DNA of 63,264 nt, filler included, from Hyphochytrium catenoides (lineage: Eukaryota > Protista > Hyphochytriomycota): NCBI GenBank assembly GCA_900088475.1. It is 8 parts of 8 records of this genome, joined end to end, with 100 filler letters (N's around TTAATTAATTAA, not from the genome) between each part and the next. Parts side by side here need not be neighbours in the genome. Positions count along the whole stretch, not along the records: positions 1 to 30,959 come from FLMG01003117.1; positions 31,060 to 34,148 come from FLMG01000141.1; positions 34,249 to 37,313 come from FLMG01002910.1; 5 more parts are not named here. One strand, written 5' to 3'. The translations under genes were made by a program, and so were the position numbers. The notes beneath the pieces are model-generated. The model saw only the letters and a program-made list of their open reading frames with translations, searched no databases and was not told where the DNA came from. Shown one piece after another: positions 24,126 through 37,149 of the stretch (its first letter is position 1; each line of letters opens with the position of its first letter).

Positions 24126-27100
24126 TCACAGGGTCCATCCAAGGGCAGCGATTGCTTCGCTTTCTGCATCCTGGAGAAGCTTCAACACAGAGCTGCGATA
24201 CGCATCAAGGTCTACGGAAGGAAGACAATGAACAAGCAGACAGCGGAAAGAGGTCCACAGGGCAAATGTTCAGCTCTACCACCTCATCTGTGCCTTGCAT
24301 TTGTCAGGCACCTTCTCTCTCCCTTGTCGCCTCTCGATGCTTGTCCCTGTTTCTGCCTCCTCTCTTTCCCTCTGGCTATAAAACGATGTCTACCTGTCTC
24401 TCTCTTTCTTTTCTCTGCCATTCCTTGACCTTGTCCACGATTGCTCTGTTTTCTGTCTCTTCCTGTACTACCATCAGCTCAGTCTTCTTCCTTTCGTTCC
24501 ACCTCCTATGCACTACTCCTTCCTAGGTGACTGGACTCAAATCCAAAGAAAACGTGTCTGCACAGCTTACCTAGCTCTTCTTCTGCTTCCCCTGCTACTC
24601 TTTCCCTATCTTGAGGACTCACAAAGCCACCTGAGGCTTCGATGTCGCTTCTTTGAATGACGGGGAGGATAGAGTCGGATGCGTCTGCTACCGCTTCCTT
24701 TCCGGCAACAGAAGTCGAAGTATGGAACTGTTCCTCTTCTTCCATTCCTCTCTCTTCTGCATCAGCCTATGACAATTGCAGAACGTTAGCGGAGAGAAAT
24801 GTTAGTAAGGCCTGGAAAGTAAGCTGGCCCTGAAAGCCGAGTTCATTCCCAGTGAAGGCTGGAAGTATGAAGCGGAGAGATGAACCAGTACCGGATCCAG
24901 TGAGTTAGAGAGATCAACAAGTGAGCTAAGACATAAAAGAGCGATTAGACCTAGGAGGCCAGTAACAGAAAGAGGATATGTAACCTTCAGCGTTGTCTCC
25001 TCCAGAGCTCCTGTTGTCTCTCTGTGACCACAGATGTCATTCTGGCAACCTTCCACCTGCTGTGGAGCTTCCTCCAGAGCCGTCTCCAAGGCGTCTGCTG
25101 ACAAGGATTGAGCAGTGCTCCTCTCTTCCTTGTTTGGAACGTCTGCAGATCCCTCCTTCTCAACTTCATAAGGAGCAGCTTCTGATTGCTGTGTAGAAGG
25201 GAGAGAAGGATCTATGGCAGGGGAAGAAGAGGTTGGAATCTCATCTCTCTCTTCTCCAATAGTCTCATCGCTGACTCTAGGGGAGCTATCATTATCATTT
25301 CTTGGCTCTTCAAAAGCACTTTGTGTCTCTGCATTAGCAGTGGTTGAAGGCCCTTCCACGTCCTCTTCTCTCCTAACCTCGGAGGGAAGTCCTTGGACTG
25401 GCGGGATATCGCCCTCAAGGCCTGTTACCTCCTTCGACTTCTCTTGGCCTGTGGTCTCTTTGAGCCGCTCGTCTGTTTGTTCTAACGTCGGAGAGGCAAG
25501 GAAAACTTGTCAGCGCGGCGAAAGAGTTGCGAAAGAGATATGCTGTGTCTCTTACCTCCATCTTTTTTGGTCCTGATCCGTACATCCTCAACCTCTAGAG
25601 TTGGTGGTTCTTTCTTTTCTTGATGTCGCGGAGGTGCTTCTTCCACTCTTTCTGCTCCTTCAGTTGCACGGGGCTGCTCTCCCCCCTCTGTTCTTATACT
25701 TGCCGCTGTCGGCCTGCCGACAACTCGCTCTTCGTCTTCTCTATCCCTCTTGGCCACTTCCCTTCTATCAGTGGTCACCAGCCCAAGCTTCTCAAGAACC
25801 AGTTTTGCCGCTTTGGCTGTCTTCAGAAGCTTTACCTTCCAGTGGTATGGAGAGGACGAGGAGAGGGTGGGGGAAGAGGAGAGAGCAAGCTGCAGCTGCT
25901 CCACCACGGCTGCAGTGGCCCAAGATGACGATGAGGTAAAGGCTGCAGAAGAGACGAACCAGAGGGGCAAACAAACAACTGTCAGACAGCCAAAAGGGAC
26001 CACGAACCCATTATGAGCCGGCTGCAAAGGGGAAGAAAGCTAAGCTAAACGCAAGAGTTGGTGCGAGAAATAATGGAGAGACAGCAGCAGCAACCCTAGA
26101 AAGCCACAGATAATGGCATAGGGAATTGCGCGGGACGATGAGGAAGTGCTACGTTTGTCCTATGGATATGTTACCAGGAAGCAGCTCTCCCAGAATGTGC
26201 GCCAGGTCAGAGCTCAGACCCGCGGGAAGGTAAACTCCGTTCTCCCACTGCACCCATGACGGAGAAGAAGGAGGAAGAACACTATCGAACGGGGCCGGAA
26301 AGAAGGGAAAGAGAGGTCCCAATGTCCTGTTGAATGCATCTCTCAGCTCAGACGTCAATTGCGACTGAAAATGAACGGTAGAGATCTGCAGCTTCTCAAA
26401 GTACTCTATAAGGGCCGGACCACCTTCCATCATCGCCTTTCGAGCTAGAAGCGAGAGAGATGGAGAGAGGGTGTTTTAGCACTCTGCAATTCCTTGTGAG
26501 GGAGGATCTGACGTATAGAGAGTGTGCTAGCTTACGGAGGCATCGGAAAAAAGACAAAAGATGCCAGGGCGAGGTATCTGTCAAGGTACAGGCGTCATCA
26601 AACAAAGCACGCATGGATTCGGGGAGAAAGAAGAGAGAAAGAGGAATGGATAGAGAGAGGAGGAGGAATAGATACAGCCAGTGCAAAGAGCAGCGAACGA
26701 CGAGAGAGAGAGACAAAAGAAAAGAAGAGAGAGAGAGGGATCTCAGACGACAAGGATCAAACGCATACAGCATTGCTACCTGCTAGCCACGGACTAGAGT
26801 TCGTCACACTCTGCAGAGCGGCCTGGAGAGGCAGAGGAAGCGCTTGTCTTCCTCTCTCTCCTGCCTCCACCATAATGAGAGGGATCTGGTGGGACTGTCC
26901 TGTCAAGAAATGCCCCAAACTTGTTGCAGAGGAGACTGACGGAGCCTGCCAGAGGCCGTCAAGTCTGTCCCGCAAGGTAGAGCAGTAGCAAGAGAAAGAG
27001 GCATCGCCATCACCTGTATCCCAGGTCCCACAGAGGAGTCAGGTTTCCTTGAAAATCGGTGCATTTTTCTCTTCATCCTCCTTCTAGTGTTCCTCCTCCT

Positions 27101-30100
27101 CTCCTCCCGTCTGTTCCAGGCTTCCTTCTCTCGTCCTGCTCTCCTACTTCTTCGCACTTTCCCGCCCAATATGAGCCGCATACTTTCATCCTCAAAATGC
27201 TCCTTATCATTGTGTGGACTCTCTAGACACCATCCTCTACGGCTCCTGGGCATTCACTCTCTCTACTTATTGCTTTTGTGTATATCTAGAGCTTACCAGG
27301 ACCGCTTGAAGGTTGGCAATGATCTGATGGGCTTCCCCTAGTGCCCTCATAGCAGACTGTGTATACCGATCCACTAGCGACTAGCAGGAACAGAGCACTC
27401 AGGAGAATAACGGTCTGAACAAGGGTGGTCAGACCTATGCCGCCTTTCCGTCCCTTCTCCTTCTGGTCGAGCGCCTAAAGAAGCGACAATACGGGTCAAC
27501 GGGCGTGAGAACTGGCTCCCCTTACAGCGAGAAAGTGGGAGCAGAAGGAGATAAGCAGAAAAAAAAAGCAGCGCCGCACCTGTCCAGCACTCTTGAGCCA
27601 TGCTTCCAGTTTGTCAGTACTCTCTTCTCCATACTTGTCTCTCAAGCCACGGACCATTTCTCTTTCCTTCCCTTCGAAGGATGACAGGATCTCCTCGATC
27701 ATTTCCAGCTTTGAGGGCTGATGCTTTTCATAAAAATCCCGCAGTAAAGCTCTCAAGTCTTCCTGAAGCCGTACGCTGGGCTCTAGGAAACGCTTTCCAA
27801 CGTCGTCAGTCTCTCCTGTCCCAGCGTCTGCTTCTCTTTCACTCCCTGCCATTCCGTTTGTTCCTCGTGTGTCTTCTGACTGTAAGAAGAGAGGAGTCCT
27901 AGTCGTGGAAGAGGCTGGAGTTGCAAGAGTCTTCGTCTCAATGCTTTGGAAGGTGGTCGTGGTCTCACTCTTTATCCAGCGGCTGGTCTCCTCAATCTTT
28001 TGCTATGGAACAGGACAAATGCATGCGAGAGCAGAGCAAGAGAGAGAAAAAGAGAAGGTCAAGGAAGTCGGGTACGCGGCTTATCAAAGATAACAATTCG
28101 AGGGACTAAAGCCTCAACGAAGCCCGGCATACCAGATAGGAGAGAGAGAAGGAGAGAGAGAGATAAGGAAGAAGACAGGGATCGAAACAAGAGAAAGAGA
28201 GAAGGAGAAAGAGTAAAATAGGAACTATCGAAAGGAAATCTTAACTGGAGCGGCCTCCAACTTACCTTTCTAGACTCCAGGACGGTCAGAGACGACGCCT
28301 CATGGGCAACTTCTGGCACGTGGGGACGTGGAGCTGACTGAGGTCGATAAGGACTGGGCGGCTGTGGAGCTGAAGAAGGTGCAACAGTCTTGGGAGGAAC
28401 AAGCGGAGGAGAGGGCTGCCAAACATCTTAGCATTCGGACTAACCACGATACAGTCACAGAGAGAGAGAAAGAGGTAGAAAGAGAGAGTGAAAGAAAAAA
28501 AAAAGGTAGAGAAAAAGGGAGAGGCAGAGGCAAAGAGAGAGAGAGAGAGAGGGAGAGAAGAGGAAGAAGAAGAAAGAAGAAACAACAGGATCAAAACAAG
28601 AGAGAAAAAGGGACCACGAAAGAGAGACACGATAATCTTCGAGAGCTAACTTTAACAACAGAGACGTTCCATCTACCTTTCTAGACTCCAGGACGGCAAG
28701 GGACGGCGCCTCATGGGCAACTTCTGGTACGAGAGGACGTGGAGCTGGCTCAGGTTGATAAGGACTGGGAGGCTGAGGAGCTGAAGAAGGAGGAACACCC
28801 CTGGGCGGAAGAACGGAAGGGAAAGGCTGCAAACATTTTAGTGGTCCGGCTAGATAAGATACAGTCCGAGAGAGAGAGACACACAGACAAGTCCGAGAGA
28901 GAGAGAAAAAAGAAAGAAGGAGCGCTTGAGGGAGAGAAATAGCGAGCGAGAGAAAAAGAGGANNNNNNNNNNNNNNNNNNNNNNNNNNGAGAGAGAGAGA
29001 GAGAGAGAGAGAGAGCATAGCCATGACCCGGAGCGCAACAGGAGAAGACAAGGAAGCTTGGTCACCTCTTCTCCTCCAGCGTCAGGAGTAATGGGGAGAG
29101 ATATGGAGCCGGAGAGATCGGGGGCAACCATGGCACTCTCCTTGCTTGTTCTTCTCTTAAGGCTTGGAGATGTGCTGCCCGAACGCCTACGGAACGAGAA
29201 AGGAAAGAGAGGTCAGACGCCAAGGAGGAGATGGACAAAGAGAAGCTTCCAGGAAGCGTAAAGGAGAGAGAGAAGAGAGAGAGATCGCGAGCTTCAGAGA
29301 AGACGATTAAATACTACGAGAAGTTCTAGAGCATACCTCTGCTGGTTCTTTCTCTCTTCTTTGGACTCTAGGAGGAGCTCCAACCTTGCTGTTGCCTGTT
29401 CATGGAGGTTGTTAATCTCTCCCGCCTGCCGTGCCGACTCCTGGCGCAGAAAGTCTCTCTCCTTGATTATCTCCGACAGCCGCTGCGTCAAGTCCTTGTT
29501 TTGAGTGCGAAGAAACTCTTCTGAGTCCTTCAACTCTCTGCAGTCAATAGGGGAGGACAGACAGCGGGGGTGAGAGAAGAGTTCAAGACAAAGGAGAGAG
29601 AGATTGTAAAGGAAGGCAAAGAGAGGGATAGCGAAGAGAGAGATTCGCCCCTACTTTATATAAATCTGCATCTGCTGTAAGACCAGCATCGCATTCCTCA
29701 GGCGCTCGCCTGGAGAGAGAGAGAGTGAGAGAGAGACAGAGAGAGAGTGAGACAGAGAGAGAGTGAGAGAGAGACAGAGAGAGAATGACGCCCCAGAAGT
29801 CCCTAAGATTTCTTCTGTTTTGCCCGCAGCTCTAACCCTTCCGACCTTCTTTTCCCTCTCTGTCATCTTTGTCCCTGTTCCTTCTCCCTTTCTCTCCCTT
29901 CTCTGTGCTTCTCTCTCTCCCTAGCTCACAATGGGCCCGCTTTTCTCGGCGCGCCTTATTGACTCTAGACGCCTGACCGTCCTTCCTTGTCCCAAGTTCT
30001 CCATCAGTATCGTCTTTCTCCTCTCACCCGGCTTACCATGGGATTTTCTAGAAGAGCGGGACGTGTTGGAGAGGAGAGAGAGATTCAAGCTTGGTTGCTC

Positions 30101-30665
30101 TCCCTGCCGAGGAACAGATCTTCCTGGGCTGCCAGCCGCTTTCTTCCCTCTCCTGGTCAAAGGAGAAGAGTGCACACTCTCTCCTGCTCCTTCCGGAGTC
30201 TCCTCATTTCTTTCTGCGGCATAGGAACCGTTTCCATTCACGGTCTTCTCTCTTCCCCTGGATGGAGAGAGAGAGGTCGGAGAGGCTGTCTCCTGGTGCC
30301 AGTCGTGCGCATACAGCGGCTCTTGCATCTCAATGGTATCGAACTCTGACAGCCCGATAGACTCGATGCTTTGATCTAATCTTCTCTGCGTCCGACTCTC
30401 TCTCTCTCTCTCTCCTCCGGCGCTGATGACGGGCTCATGGAAGCTTTGGAGAGGACCCAGAAGAGAGTCCTCGGAGCGAGACAGATCGGTCAATTTCTCG
30501 TTCATATCTATGGTGTCAAAGGGAGAGAGAATGGCAGAGAGGCCGCTCTCATCCTCTTTTTTCCCCGGAGCACGAGACTTTGGGGAGAGAGAGTTGTTAT
30601 CCTCTTCCGGGAAGAAGCGAGCGTTGCGGCCTCGGAATAGCGGAGACTGTGTGTGTGTGTGTGGT

Positions 30666-30697
<32 letters not shown>

Positions 30698-30959
30698 CGA
30701 GAGAGAGAGAGAGAAAGAAAGAAGGAAAGAAAGAGAAGAGTAGATACAACAATATTAGAATTCAGAAAGAGAAACTTGGACTAGTGAAAGGGAGAGAGAG
30801 AGTGAGAGAGAGGTCGTAAGGGAAGAAAGAGAGAGACGCGATACGTGCTCGGAGGGAATGCTTCTGTCTTTGTTTACCTCGTGCTTGAGAGAGCTAAGCT
30901 CTAGAGGATTCCACGGGCGCCCTAATAGTGGAGAACGAACAGCTGTGGGAAGAGACACA
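24126..30959 (-). CDS. multi-exon hypothetical protein (possibly two genes), 5'-partial: coiled coil, Pro-rich duplicated exons, helical FY..H.P.KL...KYG domain, Glu-rich tail
   Basis: GT-AG-bounded exons lie near 30646-29930, 29537-29336, 28826-28677, 28415-28266, 27970-27580, 26436-26176, 26020-25555, 25480-24985 and 24765-24570. The last exon reads DLDAYRSSVLKLLQDAESEAIAALGWTL* (stop 24126-24128). The segment LRDFYEKHQPSKLEMIEEILSSFEGKEREMVRGLRDKYG resembles a recurrent protist motif. Some junction phases are unresolved. Confidence 0.6.
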
Positions 30960-31059
30960 NNNNNNNNNNNNNNNNNNNNNNNNNNNNNNNNNNNNNNNNN
31001 NNNTTAATTAATTAANNNNNNNNNNNNNNNNNNNNNNNNNNNNNNNNNNNNNNNNNNNN
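30960..31059. other. artificial scaffold spacer N44-TTAATTAATTAA-N44 (also 34149-34248, 37314-37413, 39448-39547, 55248-55347, 56357-56456, 61994-62093)
   Basis: Seven identical 100-nt blocks whose core gives stop codons in all six frames. Confidence 0.98.
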
Positions 31060-31249
31060 CTTTTGAGATTTTCTCATCCGAAACCCCATTGTTTATATTC
31101 CTAGAGGCCCGGATTCGCAACTTTTCCCTAGAAGTGAATTTTAGCCCTTCGCCCTTAATAGACGATAGAGACAAGAAGAGAAAAACACCAAGGAACATCA
31201 GAAGGAGCGAGAAGAATAGAGGACCAGAGACGAACAGAGAGATAGAGAA

Positions 31250-31610
31250 ACGGAAGCAGAGGACATCCCCTGTGTCTCCCTGACCGTTATCGCTAGAAAT
31301 GCAAGAAGTGCCTCAGTAAGACATGAAATGAGAACTTGTTATTCTCTTGTCTTAAAACAGTTGACGAGAGCAAAAAAAACACTACCGCACTCTCTCTTCC
31401 TAAGCAAGGAGCGCATCAAAAACTAGGAGCGAGAACGATAGAGGGACAGAGAGAGCAGAGAATAGATGGCCACTGTATCTCCTGAGTGGTATCGTTAAAA
31501 GAGCAAGAAGTGCCTCGACGTGGAAAAAGCTGTCTCTTATTTTAAGGCCGTTGACGAGAGCGGAGAGAAACACTACCCTACTCCCTCTTCATAAGCGAAA
31601 GGAGCTTCTG
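31250..31610 (+). repeat. degenerate ~200-bp tandem duplication
   Basis: GCAAGAAGTGCCTC...GTTGACGAGAGC...AAACACTACC...CTCTTC.TAAGC.A.GGAGC occurs at ~31300-31412 and again at ~31503-31605. Confidence 0.8.
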
Positions 31611-33274
31611 TGTTCCCTCGTTTCCCTCTGTTTCTTCCCTTCCACCCTCATAGCTCTGTGGGTCTTTCCTTTGACTGCCTTGAATTCCATACATACCTCT
31701 TTCCATTCTTCTCTTTTCATTTATTCTTCCTCTGGCTCCTTCATCCACTTCACTCGCTTCTGTCTTCAATCTCTTCTCTCTTTCTATCTCTCTCTCTCGC
31801 TCTTCCTGGTTATTGCAGTGATTAGGGCATGATTGGAATTTCTCCATCAGAGAGAAGGTGGGGTTCATGGCAAAGGCAACATACAGAAGGTAGGTGGCGT
31901 TTATTTCTATTCGCTCTCCTTTGTCCGACGCGAGCTGGAGAGACAGACCTCCTTCTGCCGTCTCAATTACCTGCTTGCAGGAGTCTTGCCGAGCATGTCT
32001 CTGCGAAGCTTTCCTCCCTCCTTTCATCCCCCTCCTTCTTCTCGGATGCAAGGGCATTGACCGAAGAGGCTGATAAGCTCCAGGCAAATTTTTTGATGAA
32101 AAAAGAGAGGAGGCAGATTTGAGGGATAGCATGAAATGCAGGGCACTATAGCTATACGAGCTGGAATATAAAGCAATCATCAGTTCAAGGAGGAAGAGGT
32201 TCTCGGAGAAACATCACCTCGTTGCTTCGAACGCGGTGTAAAGAAAGAGACTCGGAAACGCTGCGGGAAGTAATACGTTGGGACCAACGGTAGGTACGAC
32301 GAAATACTTAATATGCCTATCAGACATCGTCAGCATGGTATCAGCCCATAACGCCGGAAGAGCTGCTCCCTCCGCGGCCCTTGGCTACGTAAACCTATTA
32401 CCCGCTGATCCTTTGCCTTCCTGTCGCTACCGCTTTCCTTCCCCTCAGCTTTTCAGCTTGCAACAGGTTCCTAGGTGCAGAGCTTTCTGTTTGCTAATCT
32501 CATTCTTCAGTCTCTGAGTCTGTCCATGAAATTCTTTCACGCAACTCTTGATCACCTGAGTAACGCTAGTCAGAGATAAACTGTACTAACGACGATGTGA
32601 TTGGCAAATGAGGCTGAGAGTTGTGCTCTTTCAGAGATTAGTGCTACTAAATAATGATAGTAGCACTAAGAACCTGTACATGATAAAGGAGCAGACAAAA
32701 AGAGTGCTATACCGGAAGCCGCTGCAGAGAGAAATGATGAGGTAAGAGGCGAATATTGAAGTTAGGTACACGTTAGTATAGGCTGATCTTACCTTGCGGT
32801 CTGCATGGGCAAGATCAGACACAGAAGGCGGGCTTCGCACCACTGAAAAGCGTGGTAATGTCTACAATCACGTGCTAACTCAAATATATGAGATTTGTAG
32901 TAGATAACATGATGGCACCAGCTAGGAGCACCAGTGATTTGTAGGGACAGACCAAGGCAGAAAGTATTGCTGCCGTAAAGGTAAGACGAAGCTGAGGATG
33001 GGAACTCAGTGTTTGTGTTATATGTATATCTCCCCAGACGGCTGCTATCGTTCTGGACCCGACCGGTGTATGGGATGGAACCTCTTCTCTTGGAAAGCAC
33101 TATCAGTCCCGACTAGAGTCAGCAACGAATGGCTCTGACGAAGGATGCACTCTTCCTTTTCCCTTTCTCCCCTCTTTCTCTTTGCATGTTATTAGGATAG
33201 CCTGTTGACTTTACTTCTCTTGCATGTTGCTCTTTTATCTTTGCATTCTCACGTAGACTGACTCTCTCGCAAGG

Positions 33275-33366
33275 GAGATTCCCTCTCAACCTCTATATCT
33301 AGATTCCCTCTATATCTAGACTAGATTCCCTCTATATCTAGATTCCCTCTCAACCTCTATATCTCA
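33275..33366 (+). repeat. short tandem repeat AGATTCCCTCT(CAACCTCT)ATATCT x4
   Basis: Four copies, two of which carry the CAACCTCT insert. Confidence 0.85.
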
Positions 33367-33639
33367 GTTAATAAACTTCTTTCTGAAGTAGAAGGCCCTT
33401 TGCTACTTGCGTGTATTCCCGCGAAGTCTTCCTCTGCGTGGTGCTTGTCGAAACTGAGGCCTGGCCAGCCAAGGTACAGACAGAGCACCTTCTCTCTCTC
33501 TCACTCTCTTGAGATCTGCATCAGTTTCTCATACTACAGTTTGGCGGTAAGTTCTATCCTCAACATGATTACTGGCCCCGCCTAAGGACCCGCCAGCCTT
33601 TTGCAATTGTTGTTGCCTTTCAGCTTGCTGTCAAGCTTC

Positions 33640-34072
33640 GGTGGTGCCAGATTATGCCCCAGCATGTGCCAACATAAGTGCCAAACAGCATAGGTGCCAG
33701 CCTACGTTCTAGCCTTAATATACTATACGTGCCAATCTTTTATGTGTTAGTCTAGGTATCAAGCGGAGGTATACGTACTACTAGTAGCCTATGTGTCAGC
33801 GTAGGCGTCCGGCTAGGTACTGCCATAGAAACTAGTATTGTACGCGACATTCTCAAATGATATCTAGATAGCTGCCTTAGGTGTTAGACTAAACGGCAGT
33901 GTTGGGTGCCAGCCTACAGCTTATTAGGTGCCCTCATTTGGTGCCAGTCTGCTTCCGGGCGTAGGCGTCAGCCTACCAGGGACTAGCCTAGGGGCCAGCC
34001 TTGATGTCAGCATTGACGCCAGCCTTGGTGCGGAAAAGTTGTCAAGTCTTGGCGTCGGACATAGGTGCCACC
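33640..34072 (+). repeat. degenerate 12-bp minisatellite (consensus ~GGTGCCAGCCTA)
   Basis: Recurrent GGTGCCAGCCT variants (GGCGTCAGCCTA, GGGGCCAGCCTT, GATGTCAGCATT, GACGCCAGCCTT), in register at 33990-34030. Confidence 0.7.
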
Positions 34073-34402
34073 GGACAACCCATCTAAGTCCTAAAATATG
34101 TTGAGGATCAAACTTTTCTCTCACGTTCCTTCATCTGACTCTTTGTGGNNNNNNNNNNNNNNNNNNNNNNNNNNNNNNNNNNNNNNNNNNNNTTAATTAA
34201 TTAANNNNNNNNNNNNNNNNNNNNNNNNNNNNNNNNNNNNNNNNNNNNTCTCTCTCTGTCTCTTCGATTCTCTCTCTTCTCATTGTCCACTGTCAGACGT
34301 TCCTGCCTTCCTGTTCTTTCTCTTCTCTTGCACTCTTGGAACAGAAGAAGACAATGCCAACTCATTGACCATCCTTGTCATACCGAAGCTGCTTTGTTTA
34401 CA

Positions 34403-34441
<39 letters not shown>

Positions 34442-34839
34442 CTAGGCCCCTCTTCTATAATCAGAGCTGGAGGACAACACCACAGCCAACGTGAATGCAA
34501 AGGTCATGGTCGTCTATATACAAAGAACCGACCTCCTGCATCCTTAGTCAGCCGCAGTAGCAGGCACCTAACGCCTTTTGCCTCTCTCACATTCTCCGCC
34601 CTCGATATCTAAGCAACACAGCGCCATATCCATGTCCTCCAGCAGCTAGCTTAGCCCGTCCTAGGGCACAACAGAGCACATTGATTGCTACCCTGAGTGC
34701 TCCCTCCTACCTCTCTTCCGTTATCTCTCTCTCTCTCTCTCTCTCAGTAGCTTTGAGTTGGCGGTCACCATGGCTGTCCAACGGCGCGACTATATGCCAA
34801 TCAGATTGGTGGCCATCTAGAGGATCATATCGCATTACC

Positions 34840-36719
34840 ATGCACTGTCCGAGCGTTGTCCTGCTCCTTGCCGCCCTTGTAGGCGCGGCGAGGGCTGCAT
34901 CCGGCGGCGCAGAAGACCCATCCTCTCCGTGCAATGACTCTGGTGCCTTTCTCGGGGTGGGAAACCCTCAGTGTCTGGATGATAACTTTCTTACAGCTAC
35001 GATTCTCTGTCTCTTCATCATCCTGCTGGTGATATGCAGTGATCAGACCATAAAGTTTCTCCGTCGGACGGTCAAGGGGCCCCAAATGAAGAAGATCTTG
35101 GACCGGATGTTCGAGGAAGTGATGGTCTTGGGCCTCATCTCTATGACATTCTTCGCGATGAACACGGCGGGGCTCACGGACAAAATAGCCGCCGCTACCG
35201 GCTCTCTTTCTGCCTCTGAGACGTTCCGCTTCAAAGAGTTCTTCCACTATGTGGTCTTTCTAACGATGGTCTTCTACATCGCCCTGGTGCTGTGCCTTAT
35301 CTTCATTGCCACCGTTGTGCCTCAGTATCTATGGTACGAAGGCGATGATGGGAATCGCCTCCAATCTTACATGGCGGGTCGCTCGGTGGACGTGGATCAG
35401 CAGACGATCAGTGTGGTTTATAACAGGCTGAGGAAGAGGTACAAGTCTCTTGGATGGCGCTTCACTCTATCTCTTAAGCGGCGCTTCGAATGGTGGAAGA
35501 TCACTGAGGTCATTGCCTATGAGCTATGTAAGTCTCGCTCACGTCCAATCTATAAGAATCCGAAGGAAATGCAGCGCATCTTCAGTCTGCCGCCAGCACA
35601 AGCCGAGAATATAGAATATTCCGCGTACAATAAGCTCATGATGCGGAACATTCTGGTGAACATCCTGGAGCTGCACTGGACAACCTTCTTGATGCTCTTT
35701 CTGATGATTCTTCTTAACTCTCTCCGGGTGATGGGCTCCTCCTCCACTTCATTTGGGTCTCTTACCTTCCTCTGTGTCTCGGTCTTTCTCTTCATCGTCT
35801 CCCTCTCTATCATGGTCAAGACCTTTGATATCTTACGCGGCATCGTGAAGGACAGGCTAAAGGTTATAGACCAGGGTCGGATAGACCGCTTTAGGGTATC
35901 TTATTACCTTAGGGAGAGCAGGATTGGGAGAAAGAAGCCGAAGAGGTTTCAAGCTCTAGCACTGCTGTTCGGTTCATTGTTCGGATGAGGCTATCTTCTC
36001 TCTGTCACCAGGCTCTCCACTCTCACGACCACCGCTTCTGGTTCCGGAACCCTACGTTCTTAGTGCGGCTCTTCCAAATCTCTTCCTTTTCACAAGCGTT
36101 CCTCCTTATGTGGCTCTCTCTGGTTGAGTCGAGAGCTCTAATGCAGGCCTCAGGTGGCTATTTCATACTTCTGGCGACGATTGGCCTAAGCTTGACGGTT
36201 ATCTTTGTCATCACGCCTCTCACTCTTCCATCACTGGTGCTGGTGCTCAGTCTGACGGAGTTCTTCATCCAACAGAACCTAGATAAGGAGATGAAGAAGG
36301 TAGAAGGAGCAGCGAGACTGCACTCCCGCAGGCTAAGAGAAACCTTCAGACAGCAGAGCAGAGTGGACCTTGAAGAGGGAAGAGAGGGAGAAGAGAGAGA
36401 GGACGAGGATATCCTGGCCTTCCGGAGACTGCAGGTGGAAGAGGGCAGCACAAGATCTTCCAGAAGTATTATGACTTCGCCTGTACGAGTCCTCTTCTCA
36501 ATGCCCTCGGCTTCGGAGATCTCGCGTTCAGAACTGGGCGACTATTCCCCGGCCTCAGTAGCCCCAACTTCAAATCGTTCTGTCCTTCCGGTCGAGACTC
36601 CAACGAAGGATTCAGAACTTCGCCTCGAACTTGAGGAGATCCAGGCCAGCAGAGGAGGTAGCACGCCTCCCCCGAATCTCCCGTTCCGCTTGTGGCGTCT
36701 TTCGCCTAGCACAGCCTAA
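34840..36719 (+). CDS. MLO-like multi-pass membrane protein
   Basis: MLO-type motifs occur in order: ILDRMFEEVMVLGLISM, EFFHYVVFL, YSAYNKLMMRNILVNILELHWTTF and HRFWFRNPTFLVRLFQ. There are about seven hydrophobic segments and an N-terminal signal-like peptide. The two ORFs are joined either by an intron (35896-36011) or by a 1-nt frameshift near 35968. Confidence 0.8.
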
Positions 36720-36954
36720 CAAACGACACTCAGAGAAACAACGCCAAGTGATGTGGAGGTTCCTTATGCCCCTTCTTCCTGCCTTTGATAGTACGTGGGC
36801 AGTACTCAGAGCAGCGCCCTTCTGTCTTTCCTCCTTTCTCTCCCCACCCCCCACTCCCCTCGCCATCCCCACCAATTTACTTTTCTCTCTGTCTCTCTCG
36901 CGCTTTCTCTCTCTCTCTCTTTCTCTCTTTGCTAAAGAACGCGGACAGCCGTTA

Positions 36955-37149
36955 CTACGCTGCATGTCTCTCCTCAAGATTCCAACAAGGCAGCGACTCC
37001 TTTAAAAAAAGGAGCATGCGTAGAGAGAACCGCTTGTACTCAAGCGGTTGACGGAAGGACAGTTGACGAAGGACGAGAAGTTCTACCGGATGCAGCTTGG
37101 TCCTGACAATGCCAGACAGCAAGAAGAGCACGAGAAGCAGGAGAACAAT
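36955..37149 (-). CDS. possible last exon of a convergent gene
   Basis: An acceptor CTCTAG is followed by the open frame IVLLLLVLFLLSGIVRTKLHPVELLVLRQLSFRQPLEYKRFSLRMLLFLKESLPCWNLEERHAA*. No homology recognised. Confidence 0.25.
   Translation of the reverse strand: MVLLLLVLFLLSGIVRTKLHPVELLVLRQLSFRQPLEYKRFSLRMLLFLKESLPCWNLEERHAA

Noticed and set aside
31004-31015. TTAATTAATTAA palindrome recurring seven times, as a biological motif
   Set aside because: It is always centred in exactly 44+44 Ns, so it is an assembly linker.
33187-33565. Solo LTR (TGTT...CTCAACA)
   Set aside because: The ends are suggestive, but the flanks show no target-site duplication and there is no PBS or PPT.
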